A stretch of DNA of 64,000 nucleotides from Hemiscyllium ocellatum (Eukaryota). Location: assembly GCF_020745735.1 (NCBI RefSeq), contig NW_026867489.1, positions 548,015 to 612,014 on the forward strand. Direction: 5' to 3'. Positions 49,613 through 63,548 of this stretch are shown in pieces (the first letter of the stretch is position 1; every line of letters begins with the position of its first letter). The notes under the pieces were generated by a model, which worked only from the letters and a program-made list of their open reading frames with translations, did not search any database and was not told the DNA's origin. The position numbers and the translations under genes were made by a program.

Positions 49613-51099
49613 GTTTCACCCGCCTCGAGCTGCTGGTTTGTATGACGGGTCGGTGAACTCTGCAGCCCAGAACCATACAGGGAGACTAAATCTCGGATTT
49701 GGGCTGAAACGCACAGAAGATTCGAATAGCTCTCCACAGGAACCTTTGGTGAAATTATTGATGAGGTGCGTGGTTATCAGTGTCAAATGATGTATTGTGT
49801 AAATACTGAAAGGTTTATAAAGGGATTATGCAGCATTCTGTGAAACCGTTAAAAATATCTCTCCCAAGTTAGGCACTGGGGAGGGGCTTGCTGAATGGGT
49901 GAATGCAGCCACCTTAATTTCCAATACACGATCGAGGCCAGAGAACAATTCTGATCCGGTTATTGGGTGGGGTGTGATCCGAAAGTCGACCCATCAGCTC
50001 AGTGATTGGTCAATCTACTGGCAAATGGAGACAAAATGCATAGAAAATGTGTGTGCATTTCGTGTTAGCCTATCCTGTATCCTTCTCTAATGTAGATGGC
50101 ATTTGGCACGCAGTTTCCACTGAGTATTGACTGATTTCGACCTCCTCATCGTACGCACTTTTCAGCTGCGGTGACAGAACATAAAGTGGAAACTGGAAGG
50201 ACACGAATATTTTGGGTAGCTGTTTTACATTATCTTTGTTGGACTAAGCTTTGCCTCAGCTTTATAGTATTGAACCCTAAATCAAACTTTTGTTCTCCCT
50301 CCATTAAAGCAGACGTTGGCATCTTTTGAGAAATTATTACTTTACATGACAATACCGCTCGTTACATTACAACATTGGGCCTTGTCACATGGGCACTGCA
50401 TTATGCTTTGTCCATGTTTGTATTAAACTAGTTGCCAAATATTGCATTTGATTATGTTTGACCTAATATTACAATAGGCTCGATTTAAATCGCTATGGTA
50501 ATATCATTTCTCTTTCCATAACACAAACTGCTGTTCTGATTGCAGTTGTTTCTGCCACAGAAATTGTTGTAATAGAGCATGTGTCACTTTACATTCCATC
50601 AACAATGGTCTGGGCTAGATATGTGGTCATAATCAAACACAGACAAATAATTTTAGAGTACTGTGATCTTATAAATGAGAATAAGATGGATCATTTTTGA
50701 GGAGCTAGCTTGCATTTTATTGCACCTTCAATGTTTTGCAAAATTAAGTGAGTTATATCACATTTTTGTAACCGTTATGAATGAACTATATCTTTCGAAT
50801 TGAAGCATTATTACATAAAGCCATCCACACTTTGAAAAATTAGCTTCTCATAATAAAATTTGTAGTGAAAAAGCCAATGGAAATAGTCGAAGATGGGACA
50901 TGAATATCACTTGCAAAAACGACATGTATCCTGGGAAATGTTTTCTGAAGCGACTTTCTGTACTGACTGTGGTGCACATAGAAAGTGAGAGGTAATGCAA
51001 GTCTAAACCACTTCCATTTATTCTACCCACTTAGTTTTGTAATCCGTCTGAAAGTTGAAAACCTGTCCTTCACGCTCATCTGAGCAACAATGCTGGACT

Positions 51100-53140
51100 G
51101 ATTTGCGGGAATGATTTCAGTCAAGTGATTGAACTGTCGGTTTGGGAATTGTGCCCACAACGTTGCAAAGTTTATAGTCGTCATGGAAAAGGATAAGAAT
51201 GGTGCAGATGTTGCAGATCGAAACTGGAGGAGAGCTAAGCTCAACATCATGAGACTGGAAATGGCAAACAAGACTGGGAGCAACCACTTGCTGGTAGGGC
51301 TGAATTTGGAATTTTGGAGATCTTTCAAAAGTAGTTTGATGAGAATTTTGGCACACTGTGCTCCTCTAAGAGTGGAGGGTAAGGGTAACATGTTCAGGGA
51401 CCCCTGGATGCTAAGGGAAATCACTAGAGACAAAAAAAAAACCATGCAGGTGCTGTAATCCAAAAGTAGAAAAGCAGGAGGCTGGAAAACACAGCAAGAC
51501 AAGAGGAGGAGAAGAAAACCTTTCTGGGTATAACCCTTCTTTAGAACTCGGAGCGGGGTTGAATTCTGAAGAAAAGTTATACCCGAAGCATTGACTTCCT
51601 CCAACTCTTGACGCTGCAAGAGATATAATTGCTTGTACAGCAGAAGAAGGAAGTATACATCAGTTCATTTTCATTTAAAAAAACACTGATGAAAATCCCT
51701 TCAGATACATATTTGTGTGCATGTCTGGTCACAGGTATCTTGCTAAAAAAAAGAAGTTGCGAGGACAAACAGGGTCGACAAAATATCTTTCGTAATTCAG
51801 ATCATGGAAGATCCCAAGGCATTTTGCACATCCATTAAGAGTAAAAGGAATTCCAATGAATGAGCGGTGCCTACTACAAATAATGGGACAATCTCTCCGT
51901 GGAACCAGTGGACGGGGTTAGGACTTAAACGACTACTTCTCAACCCTCTTGACGGGAAGGAAGACATTGTTGCTGGGAATTTCAGAAGTGATGCTGACTT
52001 TCTAGTAAACGTTGTGGTTTATGAATAAGAAGGGTACGAATTTATAAGCGACCATAAAGGTGCACAGGTTCCCAGGGCCTGACCATTTTCACCTCAGGCT
52101 GCCACGTGACTCAAGGAAAGAGTTTGCTGGGGAGTCTGGCGGATGGACTGAATATTTCCCTGGCCACAGGTGAAGTAACAGAAAATTGAATACTAGATAA
52201 TGTGGTTCCTTTGATAAATAAAAGGAGGCATAGTTAAGCAGAAAATTACAGGCCAGTTCGTCCGACGACAGTGGTGAAAAGATATTGAATAACCTCTGAG
52301 GGTGAATATTAATCCCATTTGGAAATGCAGGATTTGATCAGGGTAATTTGCACTGATTTGTTAGCAGAGACTATGTCCGATCAATTTAGTTGAGATTTGT
52401 TTTTTGAAAAGCTGTCGAAATGTATTGAGGAAGCTACTGCAGTCGATGTGGTTTCCATGGACTTCAGTAAGGCAATTGACAAGATACTCACACGAAACGT
52501 TCGTATAAAAGACAAGAATCCATGATATGCAAGGCGAGGTGTCAAAGTAGATCTACCATTGAGTTGCAAAATAAGTTTAAAGGTAAAGGTGAATCATTGT
52601 TTTATGACTGAAAGCTTGTGACCAAGGGCGTACCACGGGGATCGGTGCTGGTACCATTCCTCTTTGTTTGTACATTAACGACCTGTATTTGAATGTAGAA
52701 GGCATAATAAGTGGATTAGCCGATGAAACGAAAATTGGTGATACTATTGATAGTTTTTTCATTGATATCGTACTCTTAAATTACAGTTTGATATTGATAC
52801 ACTGATAAATTGGGCAGAACAACGCTATATCAAATTTAATCATGGTAAGTTCGAGATGATTGGTTTCGGAAGGTCGAATAAGGGAAGGATCGACACAATG
52901 GATGATAGGTTCAGAGGGAGTATTTAGGAACAAAGAGACGTTGGTCCACAAGTCCATAGATTACTGAAGAATTCAACACGGGGAGGCAGCATAGTGAAGA
53001 AAGAAAACAATATGCAAGTTTTATTTCACTGAGCGTGTAGAAACAACAGCCAGGAAGTCTTCTCAGAATTTTATACAAGAATGCTTAGCCCACAGATGTA
53101 GTAATATTGTCGTTCTGTTTGCCACACTATGGCAACGACT
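51100..53140 (+). mobile_element. Degenerate CR1 LINE ORF2 (paralog of 15500-17560)
   Basis: Same motifs (FWRSFKSSLMRILAHCAPLRVEGK; MDFSKAIDK); boundaries approximate. Confidence 0.85.
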
Positions 53141-56100
53141 CAAAACACATTGGAAACGATATAAAGGAGATTCACCAGGAATTTGCCTGGGATGAAAAGC
53201 CTGATTTAGTGTGTTGTTTTCCTTTGAGCAAACAAACTGAAGGTCAAACACAATCACATTATAATTTCTATGACACCTCGATTATGGAGTTAGCAATTTA
53301 TCCAACCGAGATGTAGCTTCATAATTCAGTCCAGACACTATCCTGGAAACATTCTCTGAACCCGTTCACAAATTTCTTTATGCTTGTTTGATTTTGCGAG
53401 TCTCCGCAAAAAATGCCATCAGTTTTGAGGCAATGTGTAGACATTGGTGAAGATGGGAAGAATGCAAAATAAAGAAAGCTTTTTGGAGTGAGATATAATT
53501 CTACGTCACTGTACATAACTTAATAACTTTGAATGTGTAAGGGCAGACCTGTTCTCAAAAAAAATGCTGGAAACAGAAAGCCTGCTGTGAGACAGGAACC
53601 AACAATAAACAACCGACAGAGAAACAGCATTCGGGGAAAAAATATATTACATTTGTATTTGTAAACAGGTCGCTGAATAGTAATGTCCTTTCTTTTAAAC
53701 TCAGTCACTGGGTCAATTTTCCCAACTTCTGAGATTTAGTTCGTCAGTGTTTGATTCACAAAATGGTAACAAAACGGCGATTGACACACATACCAGTTAT
53801 AATTGTACAAAGGGTAAGAGTGGTTCATTGGTTGGAACAATTTCTCGTCACTATAAAAACCAAAGTGTTCTTCAGAGATCAGTGATGTGCCTTTTTCATC
53901 CAAAGACGCCATTTCATTTAGGTTCTCCAACAATGACTTAAATGAGAGTACAACCATCCTGGAACACGTACTAATGACATTGCGTGTCAATTTAGTACAA
54001 ATGAGAGCAGCAGTTCAAGAATTCAGCTCAGCACTGCGATCGTAGGAGCAAATAGAAAAGAATAATAAATATTGGCCCAGCCAACGCCATCCTCATTCTA
54101 TGTATGCATGATTTAAAAGGCTCCCTCTCTCAATCAATGAAGCATTTTGAAAATTACTCTGTTAGTGTTGTAACATAATTGAAACAACAGGTCTCCATTT
54201 GAACATTAATTGCAAGGTCTCAATATAACTAGTTATATTTTACCATCGGTTGCATGCCATTAAGACATTGCGGGTCCATTTACACTTTGATAGTGTTACA
54301 AATTATACAACACCAGATTACAATCAAAACTGGTGTTGTGCGATTTTTAACATAGTATACCCAGTCTAACACTCTAAATCATCACTTTGATAACATTCGA
54401 GTCATTTACCCACAGTAAACGTGGCAGTGCCAAAGAACAGTTTAGTTTCCACCATTGTAATTTAGAAGAAATTGGCCCTAGAAAGCTTTGGAAAGTACAA
54501 TATCAAAACATTCAATTCAAATAATAGAATCATAAACCGCCGACAAAGACTGCAAAAGGATCCGTACATCCATATTTGTATCTTAGGATGTTAGTGTTAA
54601 GCGGAGAAAAGTGCTATTGAAAATGTTGAAATTGCACCGGCCACACTGAGACATGCAAGCATTAAAGTGGAAGACCAGGGATGTTGTTTGAAGAAACTAA
54701 ACAGATAAACTGTTGTATTGACACATTTAGTGAGAGGGGTTGAAGATCCAACGAAAAAACTAATTTCAGTTAATGAGATAACTGGGGAGATAAAAAGACG
54801 AAAGTAGAAGAACGACTGTGTTGAAAAAATTCTCAGTTTTATCAGATAAGGGGAAAATGTATACTGGTGACGTGCAATTCGCAGTAGATAAAAGGGAGCA
54901 AGGTTTGATATCATGGAGATGTGTTACCAACACAATGGAGATTTGATGCAGTTGACGTATGAGCCATGCAGCTGCTCCTAAACTTCTATACTCACCGGAC
55001 ACGCTGATTGCTGCAAGGTTCAGATAGTAAATGGCAAAAATCAGACCCTTTATATTTCATGTATTTATATCCAGAAGCTCCTGATGCTCACTGCAAAATG
55101 ATCACGTTCATACATGCTAGTACGTCTTCCAGAATAAAATAATTCGATGTTTGATCTTTTATATAAAATAAATTCATTGAAAGAAAGCAATAAGTGCAGC
55201 TGCTTCTGAGCGAATGTTGCTGCCAAAATGGATAAATTATGCTGTTAATAAACATGGCCAAAAGGTTAAAGAGGTTTAGACTCTAAGCACTGGAGTTCAG
55301 AAGAATAAGAGTGATCTTATTAAAACATATACAGGTCTTAAGGGTAAATGCTGACAGAAAGTGTCCATACATGGGAGACTCTCGGACAAGAGTGAATAGC
55401 CGCAGAATAAAGGGTTGCCAATTTAACAGAGAGATGATTGAGAATTTCTTTTCTCAGAGATCTGCCAGACTTTCGAAATTTGTCATATAGAGCTGTGTGG
55501 GCACAGTTCCATTAATAGTTGCAGTTGATTTATTTCGAAATGTTTACTTGATTGCTGATCGTCATAAGAATATGTATTACTTCATTATGTGACGGTTTTT
55601 AAAATTCTATTGCTTCATGAGAGATGAGTTTTGCTGTGCAAAACACGTTCTTGCTCTGTCATAATAATCCTTGAACTGTCTGCCGAGCAAAATTATTAAA
55701 TGAATTTAAGTTCAACCAGGCGATCTGTCCACAGAAAGTTCTTCTGTGATTCTGAATTGGTAGTGAAGCATTATTACCATTACACCGCCATCTACGATTG
55801 CAGTCTAAATTGTAAATAGTGATGTTGTCTGTCTGTGCATCAGCAGTTCCATTGAATATTATACTACTTGCTGCTCCGACTTGGATGCACCGTGAAACAT
55901 TGTTCAAACCTGTTCAGTAGAAATTGAACTGATATTCAGAAATGCTATTTTCCCTGCTTAAACTTCGAGCTGGGTAAGATTGAACAATTCTGGAGCTATT
56001 GCTAAAGTTGTAGAGTTTCAAATTTTTGCAAGTAATATCTTCCATGTTTGGAGAGCATTTCACAAGCATTTCAGGAAAACAAACTTTTCTAGAAAAGCTC

Positions 56101-57072
56101 AGTAGGTCTACTTATCTATCTACTTTCCTATCTATCGATCATCTTTCCATTATAAAGTAGATGTCGCTTTTGTTCATTATGTACTTTACTGTGGAACAGG
56201 CAGAGAGACTGACTTAATGTGATTCTCTACAATTGATTATGGTCATCCGAATTTAGAAATGTATCCATCTGGAAGTATAAGTTTTGGAAAGTAAGATTGC
56301 TGAAAACACTGGCATTTATAACATTCTTCTTTTGGCGATAGTTTAATGGGAGCCAGGGAGACATCACAATACAAGATAGTATATGGCCAGATCCACTGCT
56401 TGTTTCATCGTTCCTGTATCGTACAATACGATGGTGTTCCTCAACCACGTTGCCGTGTATTGAAAATGTTTTGGACTTCTTTCCCGTCTCAAATGAGATT
56501 AGGCAGTGTCCAGAAATCATGTTCGACTGGTGTATGTAGCCTGTAAATGTCGGAGGCCCATCAGTGTTTCCCGATACCAGACTCCTTTTTATACCAGCAC
56601 CAAAGCCGAGTCAACATTCCAATATAACCGGTTCCCCTTCCACAGATTGCAGCTGTTTAGCCTTTGAGCTCTGCACCTCACAGTGACCCGCTGTAACAAA
56701 AGAAACACATCTCAAACATTACGTGGTATGGGGGGATGGGCAAAACAAGGTGTCTTATCAGTAAACTAAACTTGCACAGTGTCAAGAACATCAAAACTCC
56801 AAATGAAAAAGAAGTGTTCATAGGGCATTGCAAGTCTTCCTGCTCATGACGATGAAGATTGACAATGGTGTATCAATCAGGCTCAGCTTTTCAGGAGAGC
56901 ACATCCTGTCAACAACAAAAAAAAACCTCAGTGATGGCAATGGGGAGAAGTTTAAGTTCAGTGAGACAAACATTCCCAACAAACCCGATTATTATGCTGT
57001 GTTGACACCAGACATGACACGAAATCACACACAGGGATTTGTTATCTCCAACGACAGGATTTTTCAAACCCC

Positions 57073-57203
57073 NNNNNNNNNNNNNNNNNNNNNNNNNNNN
57101 NNNNNNNNNNNNNNNNNNNNNNNNNNNNNNNNNNNNNNNNNNNNNNNNNNNNNNNNNNNNNNNNNNNNNNNNNNNNNNNNNNNNNNNNNNNNNNNNNNNN
57201 NNN
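57073..57203. other. N run (131 nt)
   Basis: Run of n flanked by C-rich sequence. Confidence 0.95.
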
Positions 57204-57315
57204 CCACCCCCAAGCACGCTATGTTTTAGCGGTTTGATTTTTACATGGAGACATGATCTTGGTCATGTTTTGAACTATAACTTCTCATTTAGATTTACAG
57301 AATCCAACTAAATGT

Positions 57316-57625
57316 TTAGATTAGATTAGATTACTTACAGTGTGGAAACAGGCCCTTCGGCCCAACAAGTCCACACCGACCCGCCAAAGCGCAACCCACC
57401 CATACATTTACCCCTTACCCAACACTAAGGGCAATTTAGCATGGCCAATCCATCTGACCCGCTCATCTTTGGACTGGGGGAGGAAACAGGAGCACCCGGA
57501 GGAAACCCATACAGACACGGGGAGAACATGCAAACTCCACACAGTCTGTCGCTTGAGTCGGGAATTGAACCCGGGTCTCAGGCGCTGTGAGGCAGCAGTA
57601 CTAACCACTGTGCCACCGTGCAGCC
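57316..57625 (-). mobile_element. HE1-type SINE, reverse orientation
   Basis: Reverse complement begins GGCTGCACGGTGGCACAGTGGTTAGTACTGCTGCCTCACAGCGCC; (AATCT)n tail at 57316-57335. Confidence 0.92.
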
Positions 57626-60600
57626 AGTTTAATTGAATATGAATAAAGGAAACAAAATTTGTGATTCTCTGTTCAGTCCAGTCATAGTGAAAATTCTCCT
57701 ACGGCCTTCACGTCACCGGCTGGCCAAACAGATTTGCGATTTACTTGTCCACTCCATTAAAATCGGCATGCATTCCCAAGACTGATGTATGTTTATTAAA
57801 AGGATTTGGGCGTCAGGGGCTTTGAAAATATTTGTTGTCTCTCCCTGAGGCCAGGAGCGCAGATAACAGTCAACCACATTGTTGTGGGTTGGGAGTGATG
57901 TATGGACCTGCAAATATGAGTTCACTAGTTTCCTTCCCTCAAGGACATTAGATGATTTCATTATTTGGATGGTATTCACTGAAATGCTTTTTAGGCAGAG
58001 AGGATGTCTGCTTCAATGACAGGTAATCTCAGCGGGGAGAGCTGGAGATCAATACAAAAAGACAGAAACAAAGAGACACTGATAAACTCAGATAAGAACC
58101 AGAAGAAGTTACTGTCTGTGGTGTCACTTCTTCGCACGTAGCTGTCATCTATTATGGCAAAACATTCAGTTCTGAATTTAGATGACGCCTTCAGCACCTT
58201 AGTAAGCGAAGACTGACTCTGGTTACACTTTCATATCAGAATAAGAGTGTCAACACGTTTCGTATTTTCTTTCAAAACATAAAGCGGATGTCTTTTTTAT
58301 ATTCCTCGCCAATGATAGTGAGCTTTCAGATGAATTCGTTGTTTCTTTTTAAAATTGCGTGTGCTTCTCAGAGAATGCTTTTATTCCCTGACGAGTGCAA
58401 CATTTTGCACTTGTCTCAGAGGAAGGAGTGGCAATATTTCAGTGTCACACAATTCACCTGAATTATTGACACAGTTACTTGAAAACCTATGCCAGTGGAA
58501 CTCTAATTTGGTACATTCAGTATCTCCCAGAAATCCTGTGATATTTGCTGAAGATACATGGAAGGTAATTATAATCCTCCAGAAACACAAAACAGATTGT
58601 CTTTTTAATTTCACACTGGGAATAAAATGTTTATTTTAAGAATCGTCGTGCTCTTAAACAAAAATAGCCATATATGTTTGTGCCGTGAAGCTCACACGCT
58701 GATGCAAAAAGAGAGAAGATCATGACCAAACAATTAGCTTATGAATTCTCGGAGTGTACGCTAGATGGGGTTCTCATACTACTGCAACGTCACAAAACCT
58801 CAGTGTCCACAATACAAGTCAGTTCTGTCAAAAATGACAGAATGACTTCATCCTTATTTATGCATGAAACATTTATTCCTTCGCAGTAAACCTCGAGTTC
58901 ATTCTCGAATGTTTCAGCATAATATCTGCCAATGTAATCTGGCAACACAAACGAAAGGGTTTACAGATCCTACTTGACGCAGATTTGATGTACAACCATA
59001 GCAGTCGTGTACTTATTGAATGGTGGAATTGACATATGTGCAAACCCCACAATTGCACAACCGTACAAGTCATAAAATCTACTTATATCAGTATCCAATT
59101 CAAATGCATTGCTTTTCTTCCAGATAATGGCTGCAAGTACAGATCAGCTGATGGTTGTTCTTTATTAGAGTTTAATTGATCATCAGAAATAGTGAGCTTC
59201 AGCCAATATGATCGACTCCACATCACATATGTTATGTATGAATGCACTGCACAAGCATTTTGGATCCTGACAACATTCCAGCAACATTCGAAGACGAAAG
59301 AATTGTGCTCGTAAATATGCAGATATTATGCTAAAAAGCTCGACAATAAAATCCAAGCTTCTAACAAAGTAGCAACGGAGGCCTCATTGTTCATTTTACG
59401 AACGTAAAGCATCGGTTCTACTGCAGGTCATTCAATTTAAAAAGCTAATAGATGGGATGTAGGAGGGTACACTTAGCTACGAGCTCCATTGACTGATCTG
59501 CCCATCAGCTTTCAGTCAGTTCTGTTAATGTGCGTATTATATGCTAAGATTATAAAAGCAAATCGATGAACTTGTTTTCTGAACATAACATAACTATTCC
59601 CCTAGTTAAGCTGACGACGGGGCAGTTCTCAATAATGTGCAGCATTGTTAATGTCTCTCTTTCAGTGTCCCATGGAATTGTCGTTTCACAACGACGACTC
59701 CAGCCATGAAAGACCAAGGCCTGCAATGTGTTGGATGGATCTTATCACAAGTAAAGTAATATTGACAGATTTTTTTCTCATATCTGAATCCGACGGAGAC
59801 TGTTCGTGGAGCTTCCCAGGAAGATTGCTGCAGAAGGAGGGCCAGGATAAATGATAAATAGTACAGAGACTGAAAATGTCTTTCTGGGAAGGATAAGTGA
59901 GGTGCATCATAGACATTATCAACCAGCTCATGGTTCTCACCTGTCCGTAATTGTATGCAATGTCAGGTATGCTGTCAAATGGAATGTTGTTATTATGACG
60001 TGCCATGCTGCAGTCAATTCTGAGTCAGCATGATGTCTTTGTGATGATCCACGACAGGGAAGTGCACAGTCTTCTGCTATTGAGTGCGATCGGCCGAGGT
60101 GAGCTGTCCAGAACGTTGAGACAATAACGCACAACTTTGATCGAGTAAGATTGTTCAATAGGTTAATCCTCGTTTTGACCTTTACAAATGTTATCTTCAG
60201 ATTTTCTAGTTACAACAAGGGTTTAAATCAATTCCTGATCAGCATGATAATCTATTTTAATTCTCTCACGGGTTGGAGTTCTTGACCAACACTTGGCCCG
60301 ACATAAAAAAAATGGACCACTTTGGATGTGACCACTTTGGATTTAGGCCCAGCTGAAGTCAACGTGCAGCAGACAATGTGAACTCTTGCTGCAATTGATC
60401 TTGTATATGTTGGGCAAATGTAGACTCAATTACATTGTGCATATTCGTTGTACCAGATTTCATGAATGTCATCATGTGGGATTGTGCTGAACTAAACATG
60501 GTCATTATGAATGCAATAGCATTGGGAAGTTGCTTTGGATAAAACAGGCCTAATTTGGGAAAATATGGCAATGTATCAATAAATACTAGGCTCGTGCGAA

Positions 60601-62279
60601 ACTAATTACTTTGATGAACCTGTCAATAATTTTGGCGTAATCAATTACCTTGCTAGTTGTACTGACTCGAAGTCCCATTGTATGATCAAACAAACACAAC
60701 AATTGCCAAGAGTGCGGACACTTTTTTTCTTCCAAGAATTTTATATCTTAATACTTCTTAAATATTATGAGGGTGTTGTAATCTTCCACATTTAAAACAG
60801 TGAGTTCAAGATTCACATCACCTTCTGAGATATACTTTCCGTTCAAATCCTCCTAAAGCTTCTCACCCTTACCATATTGTAATATAATTTGGTTAATCAT
60901 ATGACCATCAAGGAGGAATGTTCAATCCTATCTACCCACATCAGTATTTGAGATCTTATGCCTTACTTAAACCACTTGACCACGTCTACAAGCCCCAACT
61001 CGAAGCAGTTGTACCGATATATTTCGACGTTTCTGATATTCATTTTTTTTCTGTGTTTTAAACTACTTTCTTTTTCATTGTTTCCCCCAGGATCTAGGAA
61101 ATATTCATGTATGCAGATATTAAAGCGATCTTGCTTCGAATAAAGCATGACAATATTTAAAGTCCAAGACCTCCAAGGATTTTCAGCAACGAATCGGTTA
61201 GAAATAACATGCAGAGGAATAATGTTACACTGACGCTGGATACTGTGATGGTGCCAGAAACAAATTTAATATGCTCCACAGGAAAACTGCAGATTGTGGG
61301 AATTCCGAATTAAAGTCAATCCCAAAATTAAGACTCCCTTAATTTCTTTTAGAGATGATCAATCAAAACTGAATGCAAATAAGCAGAGGAAAGGTGTTCC
61401 CTCGATGCACAAAAAACACCAACATTCAAGTGGACGGCTGAATGTGCCACGGACACTGATATTTCAAAAGCTAATGACAAGCCTTTGGACTCAAAAGTTA
61501 AATTTGCTTTCTCACCGCAGATGCATTCAGACCTGATCAGTTTGTATCGCAATATCTGGTTGTGCTTCAGATGAGTACATATTGCATGACACCCAAAAGC
61601 AATCAGTGAATTAAAATTTCAGATTGCCCCTCCTGGAAGAGCAACTGTTTTCTGTCTGTTTTTCTGTTTTAAAAATAAAAGATGGACCCTTCGTTGTGGA
61701 GACAATGGATTGATTCCACCTATGCAGACGCATTCACGTCACCGGGAACCACCACTCCAATAATTGGGACCGTTCCTCTTCAAACCTTTCAATGTCAAGG
61801 CTCCAGCCAAGTTTTTGCACTGTCCCGAAGCTGAAATAAGATCTGAAATCCTGATGAATAGGAACGCGGATCATTTTAATGTATCTGATCAGTTCATGTC
61901 GCTGAAGCCATCAGAGTCAATGACCAAGCCTCTTACAGAAAGGGAAGGTGCTATGACTGCCTCTGCTCCTTCAAAACCTGCATGTGTCCTGGGATGAGGA
62001 AATTTAGATCTGTGCAGAGATCCTCGATGCTACCATTGTTCTCTTTGGAGCAAGGTGAAACAAAGTTTTCTTGGAGTTGTTTGCAATGAGGGGTTTGGGA
62101 GCGGTGGGGCGGATGGCTTCGTGCAACAGTGGATTCAAAACTGTTTCCATTGACGAGTGTCAGATCGGCCAGTTGCCAGCGGAATGTTTTTGAAAGCATT
62201 TAACGACAAATAGGCTTGCATTTGTACAACATGAACATACAAAGTTTGTGAAGGTTTGTAGCATAGGTTGAGGTTTAGG

Positions 62280-62470
62280 GTGTAGGTTTGCTCGCTGAGC
62301 TGTTGGTTTGATATCCAGACGTTTCATTACCTGGCTAGGTAGCATCGTCAGTGGCGACCTCCAAGTGAAGCGAAGCTGTTGTCTCCTGCTTTCTATTTAT
62401 ATGGTTGTCCTGGATGGGGTTCCTGGGGGTTTTGGTGATGTCATTTCTTGTTCGTTTTCTGAGAAAACGT
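62280..62470 (-). mobile_element. Penelope-type terminal repeat with hammerhead motif (62354-62315)
   Basis: Minus strand CCA-CTGACGA-TGCTACC-TAGCCA-GGTAAT-GAAA-CGTC-TGG; downstream ATATCAAACCAACAGCTCAGCGAGCAAACCTACA. Confidence 0.7.
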
Positions 62471-63349
62471 GGGTGCGTTCAAAGGGATTTTCGGTTTTGT
62501 TTTCAGTGGTCATTTTACCAGCACTAATCCATGTAAAAACCATAACTCTTGGAAACGGAGTCAGAAGCGTTCAAACCTGAGCAGGAAGCCGTGTTTTCTT
62601 TTAACATTGCCATTACCCGCAACTATTGGCCATGACAACAACATTGCTGCGAATTCGGCAATGTTTATGCAGGCAAGGATTCTTTTCGGCTCGTCCTGTC
62701 CATACCATCGCCCGAACGTTGCCTGTCATCCTGCAATTGACCAGAAAAGAAGAAACTGAGGGGATCTGTAATTAAGTAGTGTGAGAGAGAAAAAAGTAGA
62801 TGGGAAGAATCCATTTCTGTGTACAGAGAAGTACGTAATCAAGGTGCAGGCTCGAGAAAGGAAAATGCCTTTGTATTTATCTAATGCCTTTCACCACAAT
62901 CTGAATTCAAAATGCTTCACCGCCAGTTCCTGCCGTTTGAAGTGAAATCGGATGCAAACTCTTCCAAATGACTATATTTCTCTCCCTGCAGACATGCGCA
63001 GACCATATGTGCATTTCCAGCATTTTATTTGCATAGATTTGAATTTAGACTTTCAGATATCTGGTCGGCTTTTCTCTGTTTGTCGGGTTGACATTGATTT
63101 CCAGAATGTTGTCGTCCAAACGTTCGCTTTAAATGTGACGTTTCTCAAATTTCTCCTATGTGGAGCTCAATGTTTGACTTGTTCCATTGAAATGAAAACG
63201 TCCTGGTATATTCGCTGACCTCCTCCAGAAGTCACAATTACAACTATGGGATCTGTGGTTCAAACATTAAAACAAAAGCAAAAAAAGAGAATGCTGGTGA
63301 AACTCACTAGATATATCCCCTTCTCCTGGTTGGGTAATGTAAGAAACTA

Positions 63350-63439
63350 GGGCTTGTCCGCGATTTGAACCCGGGATCTCTCACACGCCCACGCATCAGG
63401 AGGCCCGAAGCGAAAATCATACCGCTATACCAACGAGCC
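63350..63439 (-). tRNA. tRNA-Pro(CGG)-like gene/pseudogene with an 18-nt insert after position 37 (copy A)
   Basis: GGCTCGTTGGTATAGCGGTATGATTTTCGCTT-CGG-G[CCTCCTGATGCGTGGGCG]TGTGAGAGATCCCGGGTTCAAATCGCGGACAAGCCC; colinear with vertebrate tRNA-Pro; mismatches in the acceptor, D and T stems. Confidence 0.8.
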
Positions 63440-63458
63440 ACATTAATGTAAGAAGCTA

Positions 63459-63548
63459 GGGCTTGTCCGTGATTTGAACCCGGGATCTCTCACACGCCCA
63501 CGTATCAGGAGGCCCGAAGCGAGAATCATACCGCTAGACCAACGAGCT
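63459..63548 (-). tRNA. tRNA-Pro(CGG)-like gene/pseudogene with an 18-nt insert after position 37 (copy B)
   Basis: AGCTCGTTGGTCTAGCGGTATGATTCTCGCTT-CGG-G[CCTCCTGATACGTGGGCG]TGTGAGAGATCCCGGGTTCAAATCACGGACAAGCCC; 109-bp tandem period with copy A. Confidence 0.8.

Larger units (their letters stand above)
35697..56407. repeat. Segmental duplication copy 2 (~20.7 kb), paralogous to 1005-20830
   Basis: Colinear near-identity with copy 1, including shared SINE, CR1 and Penelope insertions. Confidence 0.97.

Noticed and set aside
58040-58180. TVCGVTSSHVAVIYYG resembling a V-segment FR3 end
   Set aside because: No Cys, no RSS, and upstream framework motifs absent.
59600-60160. Acceptor-like site and fragments resembling GPCR helices or a V exon
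   Set aside because: Different frames and strands give mutually incompatible weak resemblances; nothing supportable.
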